The notes under the pieces: generated by a model
Databases searched by the model: none
Seen by the model: only the letters and a program-made list of their open reading frames with translations
What the model was told of the DNA's origin: nothing
Program-made: the position numbers and the translations under genes
NCBI GenBank assembly: GCA_964366085.1
Contig: CAYISM010000001.1
Span: forward strand, 17,211 to 81,210
Source: an uncultured Gammaproteobacteria bacterium
Lineage (GTDB): Bacteria; Patescibacteriota; Microgenomatia; UBA8517
Reading direction: 5' to 3'
Length of the DNA stretch: 64,000 nucleotides
In this document: in pieces, positions 18,412 to 28,198 of the stretch
Position numbering within the stretch: the stretch's first letter is position 1
Layout of the letters: each line of letters begins with the position of its first letter

Positions 18412-19878
18412 TTATTGGATTTCGGCGGTTAACACGAATAATTCATCTTTAGAAACTTTCTGAGGCGTACCATTCACATCTTCAAAATAAACTTTCAGGG
18501 TCTTATCTTTGTAAAGTAGTTGCAAAGCATCATCGTTCGAAAGTGCATAATAAGCTTGCTTTGAAGTACCTCCCCACTCATCAGAGATGAAAGGATAGCT
18601 CGGATCATTTACAAAATAGATAACTGCTCCCCTGGGCAATATCGGATACTTACTTTTTATTTCATTAATTAATTTTTTTGCGATCCTTCCTCTTGAGACT
18701 GCCCAAAATGTTTTTTCTCCCAGATTAATCGAGAATGTTGAAAGTGTAACCAAAGAAATTGTCAGTACCCAAAACAAAATTCTTGATTTCTCCTTGATTT
18801 TAAAAGCAATATACCCAACAACTGCCCAAAATGCCGGTAAGGACACTGCCAGATAATAAGTCGATTTATGAAGGGGTAAAAAAATAACCGGCGCTATAGC
18901 AAGCGGAAACCAAAGGATAAAATACCAAAACTTACTGTTTCTCAAAAGGTCTTTGTTTTTAAGTAAAGATATCGTCCCGAAAAGCAAAATGCCAAAAGAA
19001 ACAGCAAATGATGAAAATATCACTTTGAAATAACTTCCAAAATATTTCATTAAGTCAGGGTTTAACTTAAATCCCGGGGAAACGAAATCTATGAGCATTT
19101 CGGGAAGTCCTAGTGCCCAACCTAAGTACCAACCCAAAGAATTAATAACGTTTTTAATTCCCAAGATCGGTCTGTATTGAATTTCATCTTTTGAGAAACC
19201 TATTACTCTAAAATCAAAATAAAGATAAATAACCGTGAAGATAATAGGTATGTAAATTTCTTTTATGGTTCTTTTTAAAAATCCCTTAAAATTTTTCTCC
19301 TTCAAATAAATTAGTCCGGTAATAAGAGGAAGCCCTACAACTCCCAATTCATGAGAAGCAAGGCCTAAGAGAAAAGTTACAAAAGATGTAATTTTCAGCT
19401 TCGTATTTTTTTTCTCGAGATATTTATGGAAAAAAATAATAGATAATAAAATAAACATTGTTGCCCCCATTGCTTGGATTCCTCCGGCTAAATAATAAAA
19501 AGCGGCGACATTGGCAGCGGTTATCCCAAAAAAGAAGCTCGAGAAAAGTGCTACCTTTCTATCTTTAAATATGTTTTTTATTAAAACATAGACGAGGTAT
19601 GTATTAAGAAAATGTATTAAAAATTGAAGAATTCTAAGCGGTGAGGAGTTTAGTCCAAAAATAGAGTAAGAGATATGATATAAGATTTCTCTAAAAATCG
19701 GCCTATAAAATGCAACGGCTCTTTCACTAAAAGGATAAAATCCGAAAAGCTTTAAAAAACCCAGTAATGTTCCGTCTGTTTGAGAAACTTGGAAGTGAAA
19801 AAAATCATCTCCTGAGAAATAAGTGCCTAAAACATTACGGTAAAGAATAAACTCAACGACAAAAATAAGTAGAAACAT
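18412..19878 (-). CDS. GT-C fold membrane protein (TMTC/PMT-like N-terminus)
   Basis: FSGDDF, FYRP, H..N..LVY and SHE motifs; multi-TM. Confidence 0.72.
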   Translation of the reverse strand: MFLLIFVVEFILYRNVLGTYFSGDDFFHFQVSQTDGTLLGFLKLFGFYPFSERAVAFYRPIFREILYHISYSIFGLNSSPLRILQFLIHFLNTYLVYVLIKNIFKDRKVALFSSFFFGITAANVAAFYYLAGGIQAMGATMFILLSIIFFHKYLEKKNTKLKITSFVTFLLGLASHELGVVGLPLITGLIYLKEKNFKGFLKRTIKEIYIPIIFTVIYLYFDFRVIGFSKDEIQYRPILGIKNVINSLGWYLGWALGLPEMLIDFVSPGFKLNPDLMKYFGSYFKVIFSSFAVSFGILLFGTISLLKNKDLLRNSKFWYFILWFPLAIAPVIFLPLHKSTYYLAVSLPAFWAVVGYIAFKIKEKSRILFWVLTISLVTLSTFSINLGEKTFWAVSRGRIAKKLINEIKSKYPILPRGAVIYFVNDPSYPFISDEWGGTSKQAYYALSNDDALQLLYKDKTLKVYFEDVNGTPQKVSKDELFVLTAEIQ

Positions 19879-19884
19879 ACCCGC

Positions 19885-21597
19885 TTAGGCAAAATTCGAA
19901 AAATCTTTTCTCTTGTTAAACAATAGACACAAAAATAATGCCAAAAAGATAATTGATGTTGCGTTTGCAAAACTTCTTATCGGAGTATTCAAAAATTTAG
20001 CCGATATACTGTGTTCTCCTTTGGAAACTTCTATCCACATCCTCCCCCATTTTTCTTCTGTTGGAACCCTAGTTCCGATAATTTTGCCGTCTATGTAAAC
20101 ATTCCATCCTGGAAACTTAAATATTCCTAAACGAATAGTAGCTTTGTCACTTTCAACATTCACTTTAAATTTAGCCCATTTTGTACCTTGGGATGGGTCT
20201 GTAATTTTTGCCTCTCCGTCAATAATCTCCGCTAAATTCTTTTGGGGTTCTTTGGGAGCGGTATATGCATCTTTTGGAAGATAGTCATAAATTCCTGCCG
20301 TCTGTTGAAGTTCCCAGGCAGCTCCTGAAAACTTTTGTTTGTCGGTTAAGGGCCCCATATGCTCTGGTCTAAAGTAGTTCCAATTTAATATCATAAGTCC
20401 CGCAATCAACAATCCAATAACCAATAATTTGTATAGTTTCTTTTTTAAGAAAAGAACTATACTCCCGACTGCAAAAGAGAAAGTTAAAATAACTATTGTT
20501 AAAAATCTCCAAGGGAATTGAACAAACTTCAAGGGAGGGATAGCCTGCCAAATAAAAGTAGATTTTGAATGGGCCATAAAGGCTGCAAACCAACCGATAA
20601 AAAGCATTAAACCAACCATCATTGACAAACTTTCCAATTTTCTAGTCTTTGTATACTTCCAAATCAAAAGTGCCAAAATTATTAAAGAGACAACCCAATG
20701 AATATGACCGATTTGAAAAGGCATTCCATCGTTGTCTCCCCAAATGGAGGGACCATAACCCCAAAATCTGGATACAAAAAGCTGGTTTAAAGTCGCAAAA
20801 TGGGCAATATATTCATAATATCCAACCACTAAAGTGTTCACTTGAACGTATTTCTGCTCGAAAATTGCCGGAAGAGTAAAGAACGCAGCCAAACCGAGCG
20901 CCAGAGCTCCACTCAAAACTAAGACCGGAAGAGTTTTCCATGTTTTCTCTCTCCACAAAAAGAGTAAGCACCAAAGCCCAAAAACAGGTGTAAAAATCAA
21001 AACCATTAGATTGTGCGACAAGAAAAGACCGGTCCATGAAAGTGCAAGTAAGAGAGACCATTTTTTGAGACTATCATCCTTTTTAATTAACCGATACGAA
21101 GACCACAAAATAAGAGGAAACCAGACCAAGGCCCAAGCTTCGTTCATAGCCCCTCTCACATAGACATCTATCGCGTGATATGGCGCCCACACATAAAAAA
21201 TTGAAGAAAGTACTCCACCAATTCGACCGAAAAATTCTTTCGCAAGAAGATACATAGTTATTCCGGAAAAAATAAAGGATAAGGCAGATACAATCTTTAT
21301 TGTATCTACAAAAGAAAAACTCAAAACCCTAAAAACTTCCCCTATTAGATAGGGAAGCGGAGGATAAAAATTAAAAAGCGGAAACCCGAAGCCATAGCCC
21401 ATATCGGGAATCCAGCGACATGGAATTTGCAGATCCAAAAAACACTTTTCCATCTCAAGCTGTCTCATCATCTGCAGATCGTCGTGCATATTAAAGTACC
21501 CTGGTGTAAAAAGAAATCTCGCAGCCAAAATTGCGAAGACAATCACAACTGAAAGGCCGATAAAGTTAGAATTTTTGAATAATTTTTTGAGGCGCAT
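19885..21597 (-). CDS. GT-C membrane protein (PTPS-related/YfhO-like)
   Basis: HDD, RW.PD..YGFG.PLFNFYPPL, RGA..E, QFPWRFL and FPGWNVYIDG motifs. Confidence 0.8.
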   Translation of the reverse strand: MRLKKLFKNSNFIGLSVVIVFAILAARFLFTPGYFNMHDDLQMMRQLEMEKCFLDLQIPCRWIPDMGYGFGFPLFNFYPPLPYLIGEVFRVLSFSFVDTIKIVSALSFIFSGITMYLLAKEFFGRIGGVLSSIFYVWAPYHAIDVYVRGAMNEAWALVWFPLILWSSYRLIKKDDSLKKWSLLLALSWTGLFLSHNLMVLIFTPVFGLWCLLFLWREKTWKTLPVLVLSGALALGLAAFFTLPAIFEQKYVQVNTLVVGYYEYIAHFATLNQLFVSRFWGYGPSIWGDNDGMPFQIGHIHWVVSLIILALLIWKYTKTRKLESLSMMVGLMLFIGWFAAFMAHSKSTFIWQAIPPLKFVQFPWRFLTIVILTFSFAVGSIVLFLKKKLYKLLVIGLLIAGLMILNWNYFRPEHMGPLTDKQKFSGAAWELQQTAGIYDYLPKDAYTAPKEPQKNLAEIIDGEAKITDPSQGTKWAKFKVNVESDKATIRLGIFKFPGWNVYIDGKIIGTRVPTEEKWGRMWIEVSKGEHSISAKFLNTPIRSFANATSIIFLALFLCLLFNKRKDFSNFA

Positions 21598-21600
21598 TGT

Positions 21601-23163
21601 TTAAAATGATACCAGTTCAAGTAAATTAAATGTATCCCTTGGGCCACATTTAACATACTCCTTATTACCGTCGGGCCGAACGGCCTTAGGATAAGCTGCA
21701 ATTATCTTTAGTCCTCTTTCTTCCGGATTCTTAATATGAAGGCGGCAACTATTTATTGCCAGATAAGTTTTATTTCCGGCTTTCTTTGAATCAATCAAGC
21801 TTTGAGGAATTTCAGAAAGATCTATTCCAACCCCCATTACCGTTACTTTTTCAGTGAGCAAATCATTAAGATACATCTGAAGCCCATCTGGCAAGGTTCC
21901 AAAATACCCCTCCGTTCCTACTACTATTTTTTCTTTATTTACTGCTGCCTCTTTTCTTATTAAATCTGCTACTTCTTTTATTCCAGTCCCTGCCGTCCAT
22001 TCCTCAAGATATCCCGACCTTTCGCTTCTCGGAAGATTCGCTTTCTGGGGATTTGTTAAAAGATAATAATCAAAAAAAAGGGCCTGAAGAACAAAAACTA
22101 TCATAAACCCCACGACAAGCTTTTTTATCAATTTCTTGTTTTGGGTAAAGGCCGAAGCGGAAAGAATAAAAAGATAAGGAAGAGAAAAAAGGATATAACG
22201 TGCTGTAATGACTTTGGCAAATTCTGACTGAACAAGTATTGGAAAAAGAAACCAGGCAGAAAGTAAGAGAATTTGTCTATAATTTTTACGAATATTGAGA
22301 ATTATTCCCAAGAACGCGAGAGCCAAAACAAAATTCGGTCCCATCATCCGAATCCATTCAAACGATCTGTCTATATAAAAAACAAATGGATCTCTAGGAT
22401 TAGTCAATAAATGACTCAGTGGAAAGATGTAGTCCTGGTTTCTTGTCCCAACTAAATGAAAATTTGGACCTAATCTTAGGATGTTATACATTGCGTAACC
22501 AATAAAATAAGTCACAGCTAGTAAAAATAGTAGTTTAATCAAATGAACTAATTTCTCATTTATTTCCTGTGGCCATTTTGAAAGAAGCCAAGTAGTCGGA
22601 AGAAGAATTGTAAAGAATATTCCCGGAGACTTTGTCAAGAGTGCCCCTCCTAAGGAAAATCCTGTCAACATCGCAAAATCAAGTCTTTCTGTCTTGGCGG
22701 TAAGAAGTCCAAAATAAAGTGTCCAAACTCCAAACAGACTAAGGAGAGAATCTACAAGCGCCATTCTGTCAAAAAACAAACTAAAGGGAGAAATAGCATA
22801 GATAAAAGAGGCTGCAAGCGAAACCTTTTTTGATCTAAAAAGAAAATAAGAAATTAGAAATATTCCGAGCATAGTTCCTAGCCCAGCTGTGATCGAAGTA
22901 AAACGTCCGGCAAAAAGAGGATTGGAAAATAACTTCAAAAAAGGAATGACTAGCCACATAAAAAGAGGCTGTTTTCCGTCAGAAAGCGGCAAGAACCGAA
23001 GGGTAGATTCTGCTCTCATGACTTGTGCCCAACGAATATAGATTGCCTCATCGGCAAAAATAGGAAGAAGAGTAAGATTAAAAAGTCTAAGTCCAAGTGC
23101 AAGTACGAAAATGGCCGCTCCGGCCAATATTACCCATCTCCATTCTTTCCAAAAGTTCTTCAT
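21601..23163 (-). CDS. ArnT/PMT-like GT-C glycosyltransferase
   Basis: IFADEAIY, KQPLF, GR, FDRMALVD and LTK motifs. Confidence 0.82.
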   Translation of the reverse strand: MKNFWKEWRWVILAGAAIFVLALGLRLFNLTLLPIFADEAIYIRWAQVMRAESTLRFLPLSDGKQPLFMWLVIPFLKLFSNPLFAGRFTSITAGLGTMLGIFLISYFLFRSKKVSLAASFIYAISPFSLFFDRMALVDSLLSLFGVWTLYFGLLTAKTERLDFAMLTGFSLGGALLTKSPGIFFTILLPTTWLLSKWPQEINEKLVHLIKLLFLLAVTYFIGYAMYNILRLGPNFHLVGTRNQDYIFPLSHLLTNPRDPFVFYIDRSFEWIRMMGPNFVLALAFLGIILNIRKNYRQILLLSAWFLFPILVQSEFAKVITARYILFSLPYLFILSASAFTQNKKLIKKLVVGFMIVFVLQALFFDYYLLTNPQKANLPRSERSGYLEEWTAGTGIKEVADLIRKEAAVNKEKIVVGTEGYFGTLPDGLQMYLNDLLTEKVTVMGVGIDLSEIPQSLIDSKKAGNKTYLAINSCRLHIKNPEERGLKIIAAYPKAVRPDGNKEYVKCGPRDTFNLLELVSF

Positions 23164-23198
23164 TCCTTATTCAAATTCTAGCACAAATATGAGTGGAG

Positions 23199-23684
23199 TT
23201 ACCTGACTGGAGAGTTTATATGATAGTGAACAAAAACTAAATGGTCGCGAAATCTAATTTCTTCTTCGGCAACATCCACGGGAATTTTTCGAACGGACTT
23301 CAAAATCTTATATCTATATATCCAATCACCTTCCTTTAATTCCGCATCCTCATCCAACCTTGTCTTATCTCCCAACTGATTAACAAAAAAGACCAGCTTT
23401 CCAACTACATCTTTACCAGTTAGTCCCAATTCTTTCAGACCTTCTTCATCCAACGAACCTCCTGCATATACCCTAATCGCTTTTTCTCCATTCACCGCTT
23501 CTACTAACTCTTGCCCGCCTCCGTTTTGGTGAGCAGCCCATTCGTCATGATATCTTCCTTCAGGACCTTCGTAATCGCTTGTCTCCAAGTTGAAATCGGC
23601 CCGGACAGTTTTTCTGCGGATACTATTACCAGCATAGCCCTCACTAAGACCCTTTGCCAAAATCGCCTTGATTTCTTTTTCCAT
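23199..23684 (-). CDS. Hypothetical soluble protein (DUF5680-like by recalled resemblance)
   Basis: 161-aa ORF with GYAG, Y.D.W, GGGQE and EEI motifs; own extended -10 box 6 nt upstream. Confidence 0.6.
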   Translation of the reverse strand: MEKEIKAILAKGLSEGYAGNSIRRKTVRADFNLETSDYEGPEGRYHDEWAAHQNGGGQELVEAVNGEKAIRVYAGGSLDEEGLKELGLTGKDVVGKLVFFVNQLGDKTRLDEDAELKEGDWIYRYKILKSVRKIPVDVAEEEIRFRDHLVFVHYHINSPVR

Positions 23685-23690
23685 CCCCCA

Positions 23691-23699
23691 ATTCTAGCA
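23691..23699 (-). promoter_or_regulatory. Extended -10 box TGCTAGAAT, 6 nt before the ATG (same motif at 23175-23183)
   Basis: TGn-TAGAAT consensus match with no Shine-Dalgarno sequence. Confidence 0.55.
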
Positions 23700-23738
23700 C
23701 ACAATGTCCTGAGTGAAATCGAATGGCAAGGTCAAATT

Positions 23739-24491
23739 TTAGAGTTTGTAGTAACCCGTTAGAGATTTTAGTCTAACCGCAATTATTCCTTTGAATCCAA
23801 TCCAGGATTCGGTGATAGGATTCTTCTTCGTTCCCTCACGATAATGCCATGTAACAGGAACTTCTGCTACTTTAAAACCCATTTTTCTAGCTAAATATAA
23901 GACTTCAACATCAAATCCGGCATTTAATGAAGATCCTTGCACATTTTTTCTTTCGAGTAAGTTTTTCATCTTACTAAATATCGTAATTGCAGCGCCTCTT
24001 TCGAAGGCCTTAAACCCTGCCTGTGTATCCTTGTAGGGAATTCTTAAGACTATCGTCCTTAATAAAGAAAAACCGTATGCCATAGCCTTTCTTATAAGAG
24101 GCGCTCCCTCTCTCCCTGATCTTGATCCAATCACAATTTCATATCCCTGGTCAAACTTTTGTAAAAAATTTTCAATTTGATCTATGGGCGTTGATTGATC
24201 CATATCCGTAAATAAAACAATATCCCCGGAAGATTTTAGTACTCCTGCAATTACTGTTCCCCCTTTTCCTCTATGTGGTTCTTCCAAAACCTTAAAGCCC
24301 TCGTGTTTTTTAGAAAATTCCTTTACCAACTTTACAGTACTATCGCTTGACCCATCATCAACTATCAAAACTTCCCAAGAATATTTTTGGTTTTTGAGAT
24401 AATCATAAACGGTTTTTAAAACATCTTTCTTCAAATTATGCGCTTCGTTGTATGATGGAATTACAACCGATAAAAATATACTTTTTTTCAT
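23739..24491 (-). CDS. Polyprenyl-phosphate glycosyltransferase (DPG synthase/ALG5-like GT2)
   Basis: VIPSYNE, VDDGSSD, GKG, FTDMD, IGSR, DTQAGFK and FDVE motifs. Confidence 0.88.
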   Translation of the reverse strand: MKKSIFLSVVIPSYNEAHNLKKDVLKTVYDYLKNQKYSWEVLIVDDGSSDSTVKLVKEFSKKHEGFKVLEEPHRGKGGTVIAGVLKSSGDIVLFTDMDQSTPIDQIENFLQKFDQGYEIVIGSRSGREGAPLIRKAMAYGFSLLRTIVLRIPYKDTQAGFKAFERGAAITIFSKMKNLLERKNVQGSSLNAGFDVEVLYLARKMGFKVAEVPVTWHYREGTKKNPITESWIGFKGIIAVRLKSLTGYYKL

Positions 24492-26038
24492 TTCCTTATT
24501 CTTCTTTCAATCGTTATTCCTCCAAACCTAGCGGTTTTCTCAATCTTTGCAATACCTCTCTGTCTATCGAGCCAGGCTTCAAGTCTCTCTGGATGCGGAG
24601 GATCAACTTCGAATAACGTATAAAGCAAAGGAACTTTATCTTCAACCAACTTCCCGCTCGCCCCGCGAAGATTCTCTGTAGTTGAGTACCAAGCAAACAA
24701 ATAGTCATAAGCGTAAGGAATAACCGGAGGAACATAAACATCAACATTGAAATCTTTTCCGTTACTATCCTGATAAATCCAGTCGATTGTTTGTTTTTGG
24801 TTTATATAGCAAATAGATAATTCTCCCGAACATTTATTTGAAAGTTTATAGTTAAGTACATCTGAATTGCTGACGAAAAATAAATACATAAAATAAACAA
24901 CAAAGATCTTGCCAAAACGAGATCGCCATAAATACCCCAAAGGAAGCGCAACAAGGAGAATGAAAATAAGGTAATATCCAGTGAGATAATAATCATAAAT
25001 ATTCCCAAAATTACCCTGGAAAAAAATTAATCCTAAAATCGGGGCAATAAAAAGCAAAAGCAAAACTTTGATCTTTTCGTTTCGAAGCATTTTAGAAAGA
25101 TAAAAGACAAAAAAGAATGCCAATAGGCTCAAAACTATTTTTTCCCGGTCGTATCTGCCGTGGAAAATTTTATTTGTAAAAACCTCGTAATAAAATCCAA
25201 TTTTCTCGTTTATAAATTTCCATGTCGGAAAAGCAAAGCTCTTTTCTCCAACTAAAAACTTTGAAATATTGTTCCGCAAAATTCCTTCGTGTTTTAGGTC
25301 AAAAATCAAAAGAGGTAGAAAAGTCAAGAAAAAAATAAATGCTGAAATCAGAATAACCTTATTATTAAGACTGCTGCGACCTCCGTAGCCTTGGCGAAGG
25401 ATGGTCCAAACGATAAAAACTAAAAGTGCCGGAAAATAAAATACTTCTCCGGAGGAGCCGAAATGAAAAAGAGATGCACCCGTGACAAAAGCAATTACCG
25501 GCCAAGCCCACTTTTTACCCTCAGTTACTTTGATCATAGCCCACACCAAAATCATGCTCAAAAGAAGCATCGGGGTAGGATTTGAAAGCCAGCGGGAAGT
25601 CATTACTAAGTTAAAAGAAAAAGAAGCAATTATAGCTCCTATTATTCCGGTTGTTCTATCAACAATTTTCGTTCCCAAAAGATAAACAAAAAAAATTGCC
25701 GCTACCGTGGTAAAAGATAAAAATACTGACGGCCAAACCGGGTTTCCCCCTCCCAATAAATAAAATGGGGCAATTAGATAGTAATAAAAAGGCCCCCGAA
25801 AAATTCCGGCAATTCCGGTAGTTGGACCTATTAAAAAAAACTTAGCCTTATGCCAAAAATCCCAGATAACCAAAGCATCTCTTCCCTGATCATAATAAAA
25901 CCCCAAAAGATCATTTAATCGATAAACCCTCAAAAAAAATGCAGCAACCAAAATAAAACTCAGTAGCAAATATACGGCTCTATTGCCAGAGATTTCTGAT
26001 GCTAACTCTTCCCACCAAGTTTTAATCCTATTTACCAT
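24488..26038 (-). CDS. ArnT/PMT-like GT-C glycosyltransferase
   Basis: YYDQGRD, GP.YYYL and SRWLSNP motifs. Confidence 0.82.
   Translation of the reverse strand: MVNRIKTWWEELASEISGNRAVYLLLSFILVAAFFLRVYRLNDLLGFYYDQGRDALVIWDFWHKAKFFLIGPTTGIAGIFRGPFYYYLIAPFYLLGGGNPVWPSVFLSFTTVAAIFFVYLLGTKIVDRTTGIIGAIIASFSFNLVMTSRWLSNPTPMLLLSMILVWAMIKVTEGKKWAWPVIAFVTGASLFHFGSSGEVFYFPALLVFIVWTILRQGYGGRSSLNNKVILISAFIFFLTFLPLLIFDLKHEGILRNNISKFLVGEKSFAFPTWKFINEKIGFYYEVFTNKIFHGRYDREKIVLSLLAFFFVFYLSKMLRNEKIKVLLLLFIAPILGLIFFQGNFGNIYDYYLTGYYLIFILLVALPLGYLWRSRFGKIFVVYFMYLFFVSNSDVLNYKLSNKCSGELSICYINQKQTIDWIYQDSNGKDFNVDVYVPPVIPYAYDYLFAWYSTTENLRGASGKLVEDKVPLLYTLFEVDPPHPERLEAWLDRQRGIAKIEKTARFGGITIERRIRK
24650..24670. repeat. 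GC-rich imperfect hairpin inside a CDS (encodes LRGASGK)
   Basis: CTTCCCG-CTCGCCC-CGCGAAG; peptide resembles that at 27653. Confidence 0.45.
25378..25406. repeat. Hairpin insertion, family B (encodes TILRQGYGGR)
   Basis: GACC-TCC-GTA-GCC-TT-GGC-GAA-GGA-T-GGTC; same stem/GNA-GAA loop/inner hairpin architecture as 9339. Confidence 0.75.
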
Positions 26039-26588
26039 TTCTTTTCATTAACTTCTTAAAAATCTCATAAGTCATCTGAATATCTTCTTCCGCCCCATGA
26101 ATTTCAGCAAGTTTAATTCCAAAGTAAGAAGCTACCGGCCTTAGTCCCAACTTTTTCACTTCTCCTTTGCCATAAAGCTTCGAATAAGCAATCGATTGGA
26201 CGTCTAATTTGTGATAGTCGAAACCATGAGAAATTCTAAAATTAGCAAACGCTCTTTCTAAAAAACTCCAATCAAAAGATATGTTCCACCCGCTAATTAT
26301 TCCACCAGGTGCAATTTTTGCCAACCTTTCTATAGCTTCCTTTAGCTCTTTTGCTTCTCCCCATCTTTCAGGCGAATATCCATTTATCTTTAATGCTTCA
26401 GGATCTGCTGTTTCAATATGGATTGGCTTGACTTTGGCATTATATTCTTCGATTTTTTTAAATGTTTCCCCATTTGCGACCAAACATCCTACCTCCAGAA
26501 TTTCGTGCCTTAAAGGATTGACCCCTGTGGTTTCAAGGTCTATAAAAACAAGGGGTCTTTGCCTAAAGTCGATAACTTCTTTATTCAT
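26028..26588 (-). CDS. DEDDh 3'-5' exonuclease (DnaQ-like)
   Basis: FIDLETTG, WN.SFD and H.A.ED motifs. Confidence 0.88.
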   Translation of the reverse strand: MNKEVIDFRQRPLVFIDLETTGVNPLRHEILEVGCLVANGETFKKIEEYNAKVKPIHIETADPEALKINGYSPERWGEAKELKEAIERLAKIAPGGIISGWNISFDWSFLERAFANFRISHGFDYHKLDVQSIAYSKLYGKGEVKKLGLRPVASYFGIKLAEIHGAEEDIQMTYEIFKKLMKRNGK

Positions 26589-28198
26589 TTTGTGCGTCCG
26601 AGCTTAAAAAGAGTCCCGCCCCAGACGGGCCATTCGTCAACAATTTTAGTCCAACCAAAACTTGTAATCCAAGCGGAGGGATCATGAACAGGGTCACATT
26701 TTTCTCTGGATATTTCACAGACAACAAAGAGCTGGTCGGTCAGTGTATAAGTTGTGGCACTGGGATCAGTATCCACAATTTTGGCTCCCCATAATTGTAA
26801 AAAATATTGATATACGTCCCTATTATTTCTTTCTGAAATAGTTGCCAGATTAAATCTTTCCCCATTTGCTTTTTCCTGTATAACTTTCGCAACCGAGATA
26901 GATCTTTGCATTTGCATATTGGGAGAATGTTTAATTGGAACGTTTTGTAAATTGACGGCGAGTAGTAAGAGACAAAAAATAAGTAAGGCTAAACTTATTA
27001 TTCTACGCTTACTTTTTATTACATCAGCTGTAATTCCTCCGACGAGCAAAAATGGTGCGGCGAAGAAAAACCCGAAGTAATGGTCATAAATTTCTTGTTT
27101 ATAAAGTCCCAAGCCAAGAAGTGCAAAGCCGAACCATGTAGCAAGTAGAATGTAGCTAGTAGCATGGTAGACTAACTCTTTCTTCTTGGTTAACACTAAC
27201 CATATCAAGAGTGCGACAATCGCAACTGACAACCACTTTCCTACCAACTCGTTTCTACCGGTAACAAGACGGGTATTGACTTTGATAAACTCGGGCCACA
27301 TCTTGGGAATTGCATTCCAAGGTTTTGCCGAAACTGTTTCCTGGCGAACGCTGAAAAATTGTTTCATGGCAGCAAAATTGCGCCAACCATGTCGGGCATC
27401 AAAAATTAGCAGTGGAGACATGAGACCTGCGAACAGCACAAGGCTAACTATGCTGTATCGCAGAAATTTTCCAATTTCCCTGCCTCGCCGGCAGGCAGGC
27501 AATTTCCAATTTCCGATCAATTCAGAATTTCTAATTCTCAAATATGTCGCTAGCCAAAACATCGCTAAAGTTGGTGCAAGAAGGAGACCTAAATAATGAG
27601 ATTGGAGAACAAAGGCATAAGAAATTCCCAAAATTATTAACCACCATCCCACTCCGCGCGAGGCTCCGCGGGATTCATATACTTTCCATATTGAGTATAT
27701 AGAAAGTAATGAAAAAAACGGCATAATATTCGGATTCCAAGAAGAACGGGAATAGATGATAACTGTTGGAGCCACAGCAAATAAACCCGAGGCTAAAAGG
27801 CCGGCGATTTTTCCAAACCATTCTCTACCTATCCACCAAACCCAAAAAATCGTTATTACTCCAAGAAGTGCAACCTGAATGGCAGGTCCCACAGGTGAAA
27901 AACCTGCCAAAAAAAGTGCCGGCGCCATCATGTAATAATAAAGGGGCCCTAAATACATATTTCCAATGGAAGTTCCTGGGCCGATTAAAATCGGATCTCC
28001 GTAAACTAAAAGGCGCCTGACGATAATCACGTCCCGCCCCTCATCTCCCAAGAAAGTCATATACTGATCAATTTTATAAAGTCTTAAAAAAGCACCTACG
28101 ATAATAATAAAAAGAAGAAGAAGAAATTCAGTCTTATTCCCTTTCATCCAAGAGTAGATTTTCCCCAAAATTGAGAATTTCACCTTAGTTTTTTCCAT
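26585..28198 (-). CDS. ArnT/PMT-like GT-C glycosyltransferase
   Basis: FLGDEGRD, GP.YYY, SRSSWNPN and QSHY motifs. Confidence 0.82.
   Translation of the reverse strand: MEKTKVKFSILGKIYSWMKGNKTEFLLLLFIIIVGAFLRLYKIDQYMTFLGDEGRDVIIVRRLLVYGDPILIGPGTSIGNMYLGPLYYYMMAPALFLAGFSPVGPAIQVALLGVITIFWVWWIGREWFGKIAGLLASGLFAVAPTVIIYSRSSWNPNIMPFFSLLSIYSIWKVYESRGASRGVGWWLIILGISYAFVLQSHYLGLLLAPTLAMFWLATYLRIRNSELIGNWKLPACRRGREIGKFLRYSIVSLVLFAGLMSPLLIFDARHGWRNFAAMKQFFSVRQETVSAKPWNAIPKMWPEFIKVNTRLVTGRNELVGKWLSVAIVALLIWLVLTKKKELVYHATSYILLATWFGFALLGLGLYKQEIYDHYFGFFFAAPFLLVGGITADVIKSKRRIISLALLIFCLLLLAVNLQNVPIKHSPNMQMQRSISVAKVIQEKANGERFNLATISERNNRDVYQYFLQLWGAKIVDTDPSATTYTLTDQLFVVCEISREKCDPVHDPSAWITSFGWTKIVDEWPVWGGTLFKLGRTK
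27137..27164. repeat. Heptamer array NGTAGNN (encodes ATSYILLAT)
   Basis: tgtagca agtagaa tgtagct agtagca. Confidence 0.75.
27479..27499. repeat. 21-nt hairpin insertion, family A (encodes PACRRGR), nested in a CCAATTT heptamer array
   Basis: CCTGCCT-C-GCCGGC-AGGCAGG; removal gives ccaattt ccaattt ccaattt (GNWKLEIG). Confidence 0.9.
27653..27673. repeat. GC-rich imperfect hairpin inside a CDS (encodes SRGASRG)
   Basis: TCCGCG-CGAGGCTC-CGCGGGA. Confidence 0.55.

Noticed and set aside
23172-23702. AATTCTAGCACA direct repeat flanking the 23199 gene as a target-site duplication
   Set aside because: Both copies are simply the extended -10 promoter motif in front of consecutive genes.
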